Shown: piece after piece, positions 1 through 12,215 of the stretch
How positions within the stretch are numbered: position 1 is the first letter of the stretch
How the letters are laid out: each line of letters starts with the position of its first letter
Program-made: the position numbers and the translations under genes
NCBI GenBank assembly: GCA_963924565.1
Contig: OZ004607.1
Span: forward strand, 29,450,001 to 29,514,000
DNA from: Ascidiella aspersa
Lineage: Eukaryota
DNA: 64,000 nucleotides
Direction of reading: 5' to 3'
Notes under the pieces: generated by a model
The model's database searches: none
Told to the model about the DNA's origin: nothing
The model's input: the letters and a program-made list of their open reading frames with translations, nothing else

Positions 1-3
1 TAC

Positions 4-1516
4 CTTTGCGAAACAAATTGGCGAATTCCTCGTTGTCGTTTGTCGCCGCTTTTTTCATCGTATCGAAAGTGCAGTTGTTGCAAATCTTCTCCAAGTTGTC
101 GTTGTCGACCTGAACACCAATAAACTCGGCGATCTTTCTGACTTCTTGGCGTAAATTCTGAAAGACATGCTTGGTAAACAAGAGTATTACTAAATTAGTT
201 ATACAGGCCATATATGTTTTTATCTATGTAGCAATAGAAGGTAGTTTTCTTGCTTCACTGCCTTGCCCAACTTTACGTCAATATACACATGACCACTAAC
301 AAGTGACCAACGCCCAAGCGAGTGGAAAGGGGGTTTCGCGAATTCATACTAGGCTACTTTACGCTACTCAGCGTGTTACGTAGTCGTGTATACTGACGTT
401 TGTAAATATGCTTAACGAGCAATTTTAACTAAGTGAAGTTATTCTGTCCAGAGTTCAAAAGTTAAGGACAGTTATATTAGCGGCCTGTTCCTTGGAGTCA
501 GATGTATAAAAAGAAACGTGTTTGAGACTTATGCCGCCGTCGGCCCTTGTCTCAAGGGCCAGCGCCTTTATACCCGTGGCAACCACTAACACTAAAATCT
601 TTAATGCCATATTTGGTTATTTATTGCTTGTCTACAAGATTCCCAACATTAGGTTTACAAATCATTATTGTTCGATCAACTTACTCCTTTCATCTCTTCA
701 TACACAAGAAACAAAAGGTTTTTGTCGTCCTTATGTTGATGCCAAGCTTTGATGTGCTCCAGGTAACCCTCGCCATCTTTACCGAAACATCCTTGTTTAC
801 CTTTGATATACATATACGTATTATGAGTTTTAAGTTCATCCGTTATTTCACCAATCTGACCTCTACGCTATACCTGCGATATGAAGGTCGTAAAACTCCT
901 TTTCCGTTTTCGGAAATAAATTACACACATCATTTTTGATAAAGTTGTACCACGAAACCAACTGATCTTTAGGGTTGCGATACACGTATAAAGTCTAAGC
1001 CAAAAATAAGTAATTTATCAAATATTTATATTTGTATGACATTTTAGGGGCATTTTGGTCCATACATTATATTGTCACCATTGTATGTAAGTAATTTTGT
1101 GATAGATTGCAACACCAAACAAAGTAACCTTTGTGTTGTTTTGTCTTAACTTGTCCATGTTCACAAGGTTTGGTGTTAGATGAGTGCAAAAAAACCTTCG
1201 CAGCAACGCCAAGTTTTCAGTAACTTGATACTTGGAAACTGTAAACAATAATATGGAATAACATTGCTCCAAAAATGACTTTTTACCCAAGTGGTCATTG
1301 TTAACCGCGCTTGTGGCTGCTGGAGCACAGCCTAATTTTCTATTTGTAAAGAAACCTATTGCTTTCTTGTAGGTTGCTGAGTAATAGCCAATGTTGACTT
1401 ACTTGGTCCGAACTCCAAGTAGGAGAACATCTGTGTTATCTTTTTTGTCTTTTCAAGCGTCTCCTTGTCCTTGTAGTAAAGCAGGTTCCGCCCAATTTCA
1501 GTGGTCCAAGTTGTAC
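4..1516 (-). pseudogene. Cytosolic sulfotransferase fragment (exons 2-6; exon 1 absent, 3' end beyond the window edge)
   Basis: GT-AG exons at 1516-1403 (GTTWTTEIGR), 1238-1129 (RFFCTHL), 994-874 (YVYRNPKDQLVSWYNF), 800-685 (YLEHIKAW...LFLVYEEMK) and 157-4 (NLRQEVRKIAEF...FRKG). No exon 1 upstream, because the duplication breakpoint is in intron 1. Confidence 0.85.
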
Positions 1517-2240
1517 CTATAGTATTCATAATAGTCATGAAAAACATCGGTATTGATTGCACCATTCCATAGAGTATAAAAGGCTAAAAAATATCCCCGG
1601 GAGAATTTACAAAGCCAGAAAATTTAAACTGAGATACGTTGGAATGGAAACGTTCCTGCGTTCTAAGTGGACATCCATTTTAAAACTGGTCGGGAAATCG
1701 TACAAATCTATAATAAAGCTGATGGTATCAAATTTTGCGGCACGGGACTGGTATTAGTCCGGGAGCTAGTAGAGATTTAAATAGCATGCCGAGTACAAAA
1801 GGTTTGACTATTTAAGGCATATAAGGGCCCCACATGGACCCCCAAAAGGCTGGTCTTAAGTTAAGAATTTGGTGCGTTTAGAAAGGGGGGCTGTTGAGAA
1901 AACCCCAAAATTTCGGTTTAAATATCATGTCGAGTACATCGATAAAACCTATCTTAAATGTTGCGCCACATATCAGAAACTTTATATCCCCCTGTTACAG
2001 GAATGGTAAGTCTTAAGTTGATGTTTTGGTGCAAAATACATTTAAGTCCGGGTTAAATGTAGCACACGTACCTTCTCATAAATGCCGATAGAGGGCGCTA
2101 TGTTTATTTTTGATAGCATTAAATATAGGAATCAAACACAAGAAACAGTCATATAAATATCATGTACTTTCCGATCACTATCTAGTATTATACATATAAT
2201 ACATAAGTTTATCTGAAGTTATCAATAACCGCATAGTAAT

Positions 2241-2858
2241 TGTCACAAATTGCGTTATACCTGAAAAACTACTTTACAATCCCAAACATTGCGTTACTCT
2301 GCCCTCTGTCATTGACCATTGTGACGTATTATTCCTATTGTGATATGTTATGGTGCGACCAGCTGATAACCTGTTGTTTTAACGTGAATTTGTGGCAAGG
2401 CGTGGCGTAGGATTCTACATAAACTACGCTAAGGAAAACATCTACAGTTTCTGCTGTACCAGTTTTAGGTTTGTCATCACCGAAAAGAAACTTTAGGATA
2501 TCTGACCTAAAAGGTTGTTACAATTGGGGGCTCGTCTGGGATCTATACTATTGAACTGCGTTGGGTGTTGACCTAGTTTTATATTGCTGAAGTTGGCAAG
2601 CAACTGTGTTTGACTGGAGCCAATTTGGCGAAGTTAATTATGTACGGCCTTCGAGAAAGAAAAGCGACGCCTATACCTAGGGAAGCTGAAGCCCAGCAAA
2701 GAGTTGCCGAGTCTGAAGCCGAAGAACGGCGGAAAAATGCTGAGGCTGAAGCTGAAGAAATGCGGCGGAATGCCGAGGCCGAAGCGGCAGAAAAGCAAAC
2801 GAAACCCGAGGCGCGAGACAGGGAATAACAGAACGAGTTGGATAGCTATCTGCTACGT
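2241..2858 (+). mobile_element. Truncated Ty3/gypsy LTR retrotransposon remnant (LTR, tRNA-Pro PBS, start of gag), copy 1
   Basis: LTR 2241-2522 bounded by TGTCACAAA...TTGTTACA. PBS TGGGGGCTCGTCTGGGAT at 2525-2542 has one mismatch to the classic tRNA-Pro PBS TGGGGGCTCGTCCGGGAT. A coiled-coil gag fragment and ELDSYLLR follow, then a deletion. Confidence 0.8.
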
Positions 2859-2865
2859 TTATCTA

Positions 2866-2968
2866 GGTTGGCAGAAAATAGGTCTAAAAAATGCGCACGT
2901 TGGCAGAAAAAAATACGCACGTTAGCTAAAAAAAAATACGCACATTGGCAGAAAAAAATACGCACGTC
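2866..2968. repeat. ~23-bp minisatellite (CGCACGTTGGCAGAAAAAAAATA)n
   Basis: Three units plus a partial unit here. Five units plus a partial unit at 12459-12580 and at 20302-20418. Confidence 0.85.
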
Positions 2969-4024
2969 ATCATATTTTCCTGTTATGCGAAGAGCCACGA
3001 ATTTTTTTTCAACGTCTACTTTAATTAACATGATGGAACCTAACACGTCGATCTATCCTGCCTTAAAACGTGGAATCGTGAGCTTGTTTGTATCGTTAAA
3101 AGGCTTACTAGACGTTTTGCGGTCAGCTCTATCCAGATATTTGGATGAATAATGTAGCTATTTTAAATCGCAAAAGCCAAGTCTAACGCTGCAAAACACT
3201 CGTGAACGCTGAAACACAAAACACGCTGACTAAACTAATGTTCCTTAAGCTTCAGTATGTTTTCAATGTCAACATGTACAACCATTGCTCAACAATGACT
3301 TCTTGTTGTTGGATCGCAAAACGCGTGGTTAACAAAAATGAAATCCGCTTAAACTATATGTGGCGACCCGTCGATTCATTCCTAATGATTGATTCATTCA
3401 CAATTCGGAATACCCAAGCGTTGTTGTTCCACAACAAACTAATTTTAACTCGAGAACACTATTTAACTGACATGTTATCTCTCAGGATGTTATTTCGCTT
3501 GTGTGTTCGCTTGACGTACATTACTGAATTGCAAATATAAATAACTGTTATATTTTGCTACTGTATAGTTGGCGCCAGTGACAATAAAAGTAAGAGACGA
3601 TCGTCTATAGTGTTCCGCTGCCTAGTTCTGTGTCAAAGACTAGACATAACACAAGGTGGTTTACTTAATTGCTTTCGCTATTGCTCGTGCTTATCCGAAT
3701 CAATAATACGTGATACATAATCATACTGGGTGTGGTCAATACCGTCACGTGATACACTGTTTACATAGAAATCAGGTAATACTGTATAGTTGGCGCCAAT
3801 GAACAATAAAAGTAAGAGACGATCGTCAATTTTAGGTTAATTGTAAACTGATAGAAACAGATTTGAATAATATTCATTGCTTATTTAGCCACTTTTGGTA
3901 TGAAATAGACACAATGAGCAAATAGGAAGGGATTATTCTATAATTTCAGTGATTTGTGACGCCTTTTCTGTATTGCAGGCGTAACTATTGTAATAACTCA
4001 GTTGTCTCGCTCTTTCTCGTCAAA

Positions 4025-7000
4025 ATGATGAAGATTATGTTCTTTCTTATGGGGTTTCTCGCATCTTCGCAAGCCTGGGAGATATTATCAGGTAGGCTTG
4101 TATACATAAAGCAGGGAAAGGCTGTATAGTGTTAGTAACCACCCGGTAATAAAGTAAAATTAACCTTTAAGTACAAATATGTGACCGTGTGTTCAACAGT
4201 TGAAAAATGCGCGTTTTTTTATAAAATACTCTGATAAATACATGTAGTTCTGCCGTTAGTTGTTGATCGTGCATCTTTTAGTAAACAAACATTTTATCTA
4301 CGATTAGAGCATCGAACGGCTTTTAATTGTGACCACAATCCTTGCTCACACCGCTGCGTTGAATTCCCTGGAGGATTCAACTGCGAATGCCCGAAAAGCC
4401 ACTATCTTGACCCTGATGACCAATCCACTTGCTTACCATTCGCTATACAAGGTACGGCACAACTAAATTAAATGAGCAAACTCAAAGCTCTGTGTTAAAT
4501 AAATTTGTAAGTATAGCAGCTATTGAGCTTATTTTGGAAAACATTACTTAAAGTACGGGTTTCGAAACTTTTAGGGCTTACACTACCCCTAGAAATAATA
4601 AATAAAAGGCGGTACCCCTACTGGAACTTTTGTTAAGAGGTTTAGTATTATTTCTCTATAAAAAGAACATTAACAGCACTATTAACTGTGTATAATATAC
4701 GAAAATATAATTAGATTTTATGTACTTTAATAATAATCAGTGGGGCCTACACAAAGGACTTTATGACGAAGCTGGATCAATACAAAGAAAATCATATTCT
4801 TGAAGAATCCCAGATATCAATCAGCTACCTGAGTATTCGAAATGGCACCCTGGCTGGGAATCACTGACTTATATTTCATGGCATATTCAAAAATTATAAA
4901 TATCAACATTCGGTCTTCATTACCCTTAAACATCGATCCTTTAAAATTAAAACCAAGGGCTCGTATTTCGTTTTAAAGCAGTTTGTCGTATTTTGTGTAA
5001 GAATTGCACTAGCAAACTACAAACGTATGTTTTTTTAGTAAGAATTAGGCTTTAAAATTGACGGGACAACCTTTTTTTCAGGATTTTAATTTGTTGCTAG
5101 TTGAATATTTGTTGTATTTAACGTCTATGAGACCAAACACTTTTGGTGACGCTGTCCGTAAAATAAATCCCGGATAATATAAAGTCTGCTCAAGGTAAAA
5201 TCCCCAAGATAGTCAGTCTGTTTAAGTTTACATTCAAGGTTTAAAGTATGGTCGAAGGCATATTTACCGTGATTGTTTAAGGTAGTCTGCATTACACCTT
5301 TTTCCATTAGATACTGCTTGTAACAAGGCAAACTGCTCCCAAGACTGTGTAACCTACAGGGATGACTTCTTCTGCGAGTGCTGGGACTCCTACTACATTG
5401 CTGATGACTACGCGACATGTGTGGTTCGTCCTTCAGGTAACTTTGAAAAGGGCAACATCTACCCTATAGGGCCTAGGCGTATTTATTATCCAATGTTCGA
5501 AAACTTAAAAAATAAATGCATTTCACGACAGATTAAAGTTGTCACTATACGCTGTATGTAAACATTGCGTACAAAAGTCATTAAAACAAACTTTTGGCTT
5601 AAAGTTCTATAAATATTTGGAGATCTTGTGCAAAAATATGATTAGGAAATTACGAGCCTCGTGTTTTATCGAAGTCTTCAATGAAAGCAAACTTGGAAAT
5701 TATCTACATTTAAATAATTTAAATGGATTGTTTTATCCCGATTAAAATAAGGAATTGCAAAATTGCCTGTCGAAAAAGTAAACCGAAACATCGCGTAATA
5801 AATTGGATAGAGGGGTGAGCGCTCTTTCTTGTACAACCTACAATTGGGGTAATTTTATTATATTTTGACAAGTATTTGATCCTATTTAGAGGCCGACTGC
5901 CCGCATGATTTCTGGCCTTACGGCCACAGCTGCATGGCTTCCACCTACAATGCCTTATCTTACGCCGGTTCAAAGGCAGCTTGTAGACTCTTGGGCGGTC
6001 GTCTTGTAAAGATCCAGGACCAGGGAGTCAGGAGAATCGTCGCGCGCTATTTTGGATCCAAAATATGGATTGGTAAGATTGAAATTTGCCGCTTGGATCC
6101 AGCGTCCAAATGTAGCCTCGTCAATATCGAAGTCGATTTAAAAAGAAAAAAAGACAAGGACGTCTTTAAAAGTGGCCATCATAATCACATTGTAAAGGTT
6201 TATTTTTTGCAATAAATTGCGATATTTTCTATTTAATACAGAGTGAATCCTGCAAAAAAAATGTTTAGAAAAGTTGTGAAGTTCCGTTAAACTTTTAAAA
6301 TTATTTTCAGAAGATATATAGGGTTTCGTTAATTTGTTTTTGCCAGAGCTGGTATTGTCTGGTTTTGTCTCGTTGGTGACCGTTCACTATAGTTTTGTTT
6401 TTTGAAAAACCGGCACCTATATAAAAAAAAAAGCTTAATATAATCCCGCAACAGATATGCTGTTTGTCGCACCCAAAGCAACCAGAACGCTCTTTCGCAT
6501 CTGACAGGGGTCAGCGATCGCGCGGGCGACGGTTCATTTGCCCACTCGGACGGAAGTCAGGTCAATTACGTCAATGGATGGGCTACCGGTCATCCGGAAC
6601 GCAACGGTTGCGGCTACATTTCAGACGGCAAACTCTATACTGGTGATTGCAAGAACAACTTGACGGCCGTCTGCGAAATCCGTGAGTATATTTCTTTCGG
6701 GGTTTAACGGAAAACACACACTTTTTATATAAAGCGATGGCTTGAGATGGCCAGAAAGTACCAAGTTCTGTTTTAGTTTGACAAAGCAACCGAATTGCAT
6801 GTTTATTGCGTCATTTTAAACAATACATTACGGGAATGTTATTATGTTTATTATTCACGAATATATAATGTTTAAATTCAACGATTAAAAAAGAATTCCC
6901 TATCTCGAACTTAGAAACAAATTTTCGTTGTGAAATACATCTTATTGACACGTATCCTTGACATGATACGCTCCATAAATAATTATTATACAGTGATACA

Positions 7001-7985
7001 ATAGCAGTGCTACAACATATTTTTTTGTTCAGCTCGTGCTACGGGTTTCGCCTTATTTTCCAACCGCCTCAGCTGGGAAGAGGTACACGGAACGCTTTAC
7101 TTTCCCACTGATGTGAACGCCGTTCTCGTCACATTTCCACAACCGGTTAAAGAATTTTATGTGAGTACATAGGCCTACATTCCGTCAGCTTGATCTCGTA
7201 TTCTAAGAGGACACACTTAAAGTTTGCATAAATGCTTTTCAGCGAATCGAACGTTCTGCTCGGCAGTGTATAGTCCCCGACACTTTATGATCATTTGCCG
7301 AAAACATTTGACACAGTGCTAAATAGCTATATGTTTCCTTGTTTGTCCATAAGCTTTTGTCGTAGGTAATATTGTAATAAGGCCTAAATGAAGTTTATTT
7401 CAGTAATATTTTGCGCTTTTAAAGATGACAAAGGTCCGCTTTTCCATCTTTAACGAAACAAATGGTTCGGAACAATCCTTTCACTCCTTTGTGGCAAACA
7501 GCTAATAGAAAACACCCGATTTTAATCGCGCCACTTGTGCACGAATTTAGCATATGCTAATTTTGCCTAAAGAGTTTTGATTTTAAAAGATACCTCAGTA
7601 TCTCCTCGAACATAGCTAGATGGATTCACTTAAGGCTATATTTAACCCACATTACTCAGCCCGATTGGTGGTTATACAACATATCGACAGCTGGTTGATA
7701 CGATGTGTTCTGAAGAAACCACCATATGCTCGTCTAGTTTTGGTTCTGAACAATATGATTAGGTTACTAAACAGCTGATATAATACGTTGATATAATAAA
7801 CAACATAATTTTGTGTGCAGGCCTGGTTCTCCAGTGTTGCTGCAAGGTTATCCAGCAGCCAATATGTGGTGAAGCAAAACGACATCGAACGTCAGTTTGG
7901 CAAAGGCCAGGGAAAGTTTGTTATCGAAATGGGTGACAGTCGTTTCCCAGATTACAAAATTGCCGTAACCGCCTATGCTGCGTGA
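4025..7985 (+). CDS. Secreted protein: signal peptide-EGF-EGF-C-type lectin domain-unassigned C-terminal domain (CBM2-like?), copy 1, 328 aa
   Basis: Seven phase-compatible GT-AG exons: 4025-4091 (MMKIMFFLMGFLASSQAW), 4308-4451 (CDHNPCSHRCVEFPGGFNCECP...C), 5311-5436 (CNKANCSQDC...CEC...C), 5890-6072 (CPHDFWPYGHSC...KIWIG), 6508-6681 (VSDRAGDGSF...W...C...DC...VCEI), 7033-7160 and 7821-7985. Total 987 nt, open throughout. AATAAA at 8154. Confidence 0.88.
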
Positions 7986-8442
7986 ATATCAAAAGCATTT
8001 GTTGTCTGTGATTTACTTTTGATCAATTAAAATTTATGGCAAAAAGGCCGCAAGTTCATTATCTGGCTAAAATCTGTGTGGATCACATTAAGCTTTGTAA
8101 AATCGATTTTATTTATTTTGCAATATTTTTTGACAAACACGTAATTTTTGTGTAATAAATAAAGCTTTATTGAGTGTTATTGGGCATCAATCGTTACTAA
8201 GCTTTCCCCGAAAAAACAAACTTGAGAAGAAGCTTACAAGGCAATATAGAAGTGTCTTAACTTGAGTTTGAAGTTCGTCTATTAATTAATTTTATAGGAA
8301 TTTAGGATGACATATTACAATAACTTGATAAATAAAATCCAGTCAACACAGTGGAAATCTTGAAAATATAAGTGAAAACTGTGTGGAAAATAAATTTATA
8401 AACAATTGGACCCTAGTTTGCTTTTGTAAATATTTTTAGGAT

Positions 8443-10557
8443 TCACTCATAAATAAACGAAATGTCTAGGCCCTGCAGTGTTTTGTCGACATTTCGATTT
8501 ATCACATCGGAATGAGCAACCGTCAGGCATTTAATTTTTGCTAATAGTTAAACTTTGTGTAAACGTTGACTCAACTAGCGAATGTTCCATGAAATGGCAT
8601 TATATAGTTTGCCAACTTTTGACGAAAATATTAAACATCAAAAACTTGTGATGAATTCGAATTTTTATTTTGAGAAATTCAGCAATTTCGAGCCAAGTTT
8701 GCCAAAATTAAAAGACATTTTGACTTTGGGAAATTAATATTTTCCTATAATAAAAATGGGTCTACTCTAAAATTTACTTTTAACAGTTTGTATACCCTTA
8801 ATTGAATGACCAATAAGGTCATGAATTTTTCTTGTTTGTCGGTTGTAAATAATTTTTAGCTGCAACATTTATCATAAGAGGCCTTCTAAATGGAGCTTTG
8901 GTTTCTATAGTTTAGGTCTTCTGACGTATGTTGGCATTTTTTAATTTTTTTTTCGCGCTGTTGCTCTCTAGAATAAGGCGATAGTCATACTCAACCTTAA
9001 CGGCATATAGAAACTCGGCAAAGGAGTAATAAAAGTTTGTTATACCTTTGCGAAACATATTGGCGAATTCCTCGTTGTCGTTTGTCGCCGCTTTTTTCAT
9101 CGTATCGAAAGTGCAGTTGTTGCAAATCTTCTCCAAGTTGTCGTTGTCGACCTGAACACCAATAAACTCGGCGATCTTTCTGACTTCTTGGCGTAAATTC
9201 TGAAAGACATGCTCGGTAAACAAGAGTATTAATAAATTAGTTATACAGGCCATATATTTTTTTTATCTATGTAGCAATAGAAGGTAGTTTTCTTGCTTCA
9301 CTGCCTTGCCCAACTTTACGTCAATATACACGTGACCACTAACAAGTGACCAACGCCCAAGCGAGTGGAAAGGGGGTTTCGCGAATTCATACTAGGCTAC
9401 TTTACGCTACTCAGCGTGTTACGTAGTCGTGTATACTGACGTTTGTAAATATACTTAACGAGCAATTTTAACTAAGTGAAGTGATTCTGTCCAGAGTTCA
9501 AAAGTTAAGGACAGTTATATTAGCGGCCTGTTCCTTGGAGTCAGATTTATAAAAAGAAACGTGTTTGAGACTTATGCCGCCGTCGGCCCTTGTCTCAAGG
9601 GCCAGCGCCTTTATACCCGTGGCAACCACCAACACTAAAATCTTTCATGTGATATTTGGTTATTTATGTCTTGTCTACAAGATTCGCAACATTAGGTTTA
9701 CAAATCATTATTGTTCCATCAACTTACTCCTTTCATCTCTTCATACACAAGAAACAAAACGTTTTTGTCGTCCTTATGTTGATGCCAAGCTTTGATGTGC
9801 TCCAGGTACCCCTCGACATCTTTACCGAAACATCCTTGTTTACCTTTGATATATAATATACATATCCTGAGTTTTAAGTTCATCCGTTATGTCACCAATC
9901 TGAACTATACACTACCAGCGATATGAACATCGTAAAACTCCTTTTCCGATTTCGGAAATAAATTACACACGTCATTTTTGACGAAGTTGTACCACGAAAC
10001 CAACTGATCTTTAGGGTTGCGATACACGTACAAAGTCTAAACCAAAAATAAGTAATTTATCAAATATTTATATTTGTATGACATTTTAGGGGCATTTTGG
10101 TCCATACATTATATTGTCACCATTGTATGTAAGTAATTTTGTGATAGATTGCAACACCAAACAAAGTAACCTTTGTGTTGTTTTGTCTTAACTTGTCCAT
10201 GTTCACAAGGTTTGGTGGTAGATGAGTGCAAAAAAACCTTCGCAGCCACGCCAAGTTTTCAGTAACTTGATACTTGGAAACTGTAAACAATAATATGAAA
10301 TAACATTGCTCCAAAAATGACTTTTTACCCAAGTGGTCATTGTTAAGCGCGCTTGTGGCTGCTGGAGCACAGCCTAATTTTCTATTTGTAAAGAAACCTA
10401 TTGCTTTCTTGTAGGTTGCTGAGTAAAAGCAATGTTGACTTACCTGGTCCGAACTCCAAGTAGGAGAACATCTGTGTTATCTTTTTTGTCTTTTCAAGCG
10501 TCTCCTTGTCCTTGTAGTAAAGCAGGTTCCGCCCAATTTCAGTCGTTCAAGTTGTAC
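8443..10557 (-). pseudogene. Sulfotransferase pseudogene (exons 2-7)
   Basis: Exons at 10557-10444, 10280-10171, 10036-9916, 9843-9728 and 9199-9046. GTTW is mutated to GTT-stop (TGA at 10549-10547). The last exon (~8529-8443, LTVAHSDVINRNVDKTLQGLDISFIYE*) has lost its acceptor and the GKIGSWKD codons. Exon 1 is absent. Confidence 0.9.
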
Positions 10558-11276
10558 CTATAGTATACATAATAGTCATGAAAAACATCGGTATTGATTG
10601 CACCATTCCATAGAGTATAAAAGGCTAAAAAATATCCCCGAGAGAATTTACAAAGCAAGAAAATTTAAACTGAAATACGTTGGAATGGAAATGTTTCTGC
10701 GTTCTAAGTGGACATCCATTTTAAAACTGGTCGGGAAATCGTACAAATCTATAGTAAAGCTGATGGTATCAAATTTTGCGGCACGGGACTGGTATTAGTC
10801 CGGGAGCTAGCAGAGATTTAAATAGCATGCCGAGTACAAAAGGTTTGACTATTTAAGGCATATAAGGGCCCCACATGGACCCCCAAAAGGCCGGTCTTAA
10901 GTTATGAATTTGGTGCGTTTAGAAAGGGGGGCTGTTGAGAAAACCCCAAAATTTCGGTTTAAATATCATGTCGAGTACATCGATAAAACCTATCTTAAAT
11001 GTTGCGCCACATATCAGAAACTTTATATCCCCCTGTTACAGGAATGGTAAGTCTTAAGTTGATGTTTTGGTGCAAAATACATTTAAGTCCGCGTCAAATG
11101 TAGCACATGTACCTTCTCAAAAATGCCGATAGATGGCGCTATGTTTATTTTTGATAGCATTAAATATAGGAATCAAACACAAGAAACAGTCATATAAATA
11201 TCATGTACTTTCCGATCACTATCTAGTATTATACATATAATACATAAGTTTATCTGAAGTTATCAATAACCTTTAT

Positions 11277-12215
11277 TGTCACAAATTGCGTTATACCTGA
11301 AAAACTACTTTACAATCCCAAACATTGCGTTACTCTGCCCTCTGTCATTGACCATTGTGACGTAATATTCCTATTGTGATGTCTTATGGTGCGACCAGCT
11401 GATAACCTGTTGTTTTGACGTGATTTGTGGCAAGGCGTGGCGTAGGATTCTACATAAACTACGCTAAGGAAAACATCTACAGTTTCTGCTGTACCAGTTT
11501 TAGGTTTGTCATCATCGAAAAGAAACTTTAGGATATCTGACCTAAAAGTTTGTTACATTTGGGGGCTCGTCTGGGATCTATTCTATTGAACTGCGTTGGG
11601 TGTTGACCTAGTTTTATATTGCTGAAGTTGGCAAGCATCTGTGTTTGACTGGAGCCAATTTGGCGAAGTTAATTAATGTACAGCAGGCGTTCGAGAAAGA
11701 AAAGCGACGCCTATACCTAGGGAAGCTGAAGCCCAGCAAAGAGTTGCCGAGTCTGAAGCCAAAGAACGGCGGAAAAATGTTGAGGCTGAAGCTGAAGAAA
11801 TGCTGCGGAATTGCGAGGCCGAAGCGGCAGAAAAGCAAAGGAAACCCGAGGCGCGCGAGAGAGAATAACAGGACGAGTTGGATAGCTATCTGCTACGCTT
11901 CGAGCGCTTTGCTGTAACCTGCAAGTGGGATGAGTTAAAGTGGGCGACTACGCTAAGATATACTTAAGAATTCCAGACGCTGACGCTGTGGACTACGTTC
12001 AGCTCAAGCAAGCTTTACTGAACTGTTACAATTTGAACTAAGAAGTAACCGTAGTAAGTTTCGTAGTTCAAAACCCGAAAAGGGTTAGAGTCCTACCCAG
12101 TTTGCGGTGCGCCTGCAGAATTGAAGAAGTGGGTAAAGTTATCGGAAGCAATTTTTGACTCGGGCGATGTGAGCGAACTATTCGCCAAAGAGCAATTTTC
12201 GGTCGTGTCCTAAAG
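11277..12215 (+). mobile_element. Truncated Ty3/gypsy (Gmr1-like) LTR element remnant, copy 2
   Basis: LTR 11277-11557 and PBS 11560-11577. Degenerate gag reads DSYLLRFERFAVTCKW...ADAVDYVQLKQALL...KFRSSKPEKG.SPTQFAVRL...ELFAKEQF, which fits a SCAN-related capsid region. Stops and frameshifts present. Confidence 0.82.

Noticed and set aside
522-939. Plus-strand ORFs 522-752 and 547-939 and their repeats at 9565-9856
   Set aside because: They are antisense shadows of SULT exons and introns with non-ATG starts. They recur only because of the segmental duplication.
2866-2968. Short repeats resembling a CRISPR array
   Set aside because: The units are head to tail with no unique spacers, there are no cas genes, and the context is eukaryotic. 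It is a minisatellite.
3202-3540. 112-118 aa ORF repeated three times (also at 12850 and 20688)
   Set aside because: No recognisable domain or splice structure. It lies in duplicated repeat-like DNA, so its recurrence is not evidence of coding.
7425-7495. Possible extra lectin exon (AG|ATGACAAAGGTC...)
   Set aside because: No convincing in-phase donor, and exons 6 and 7 already join in phase 0.
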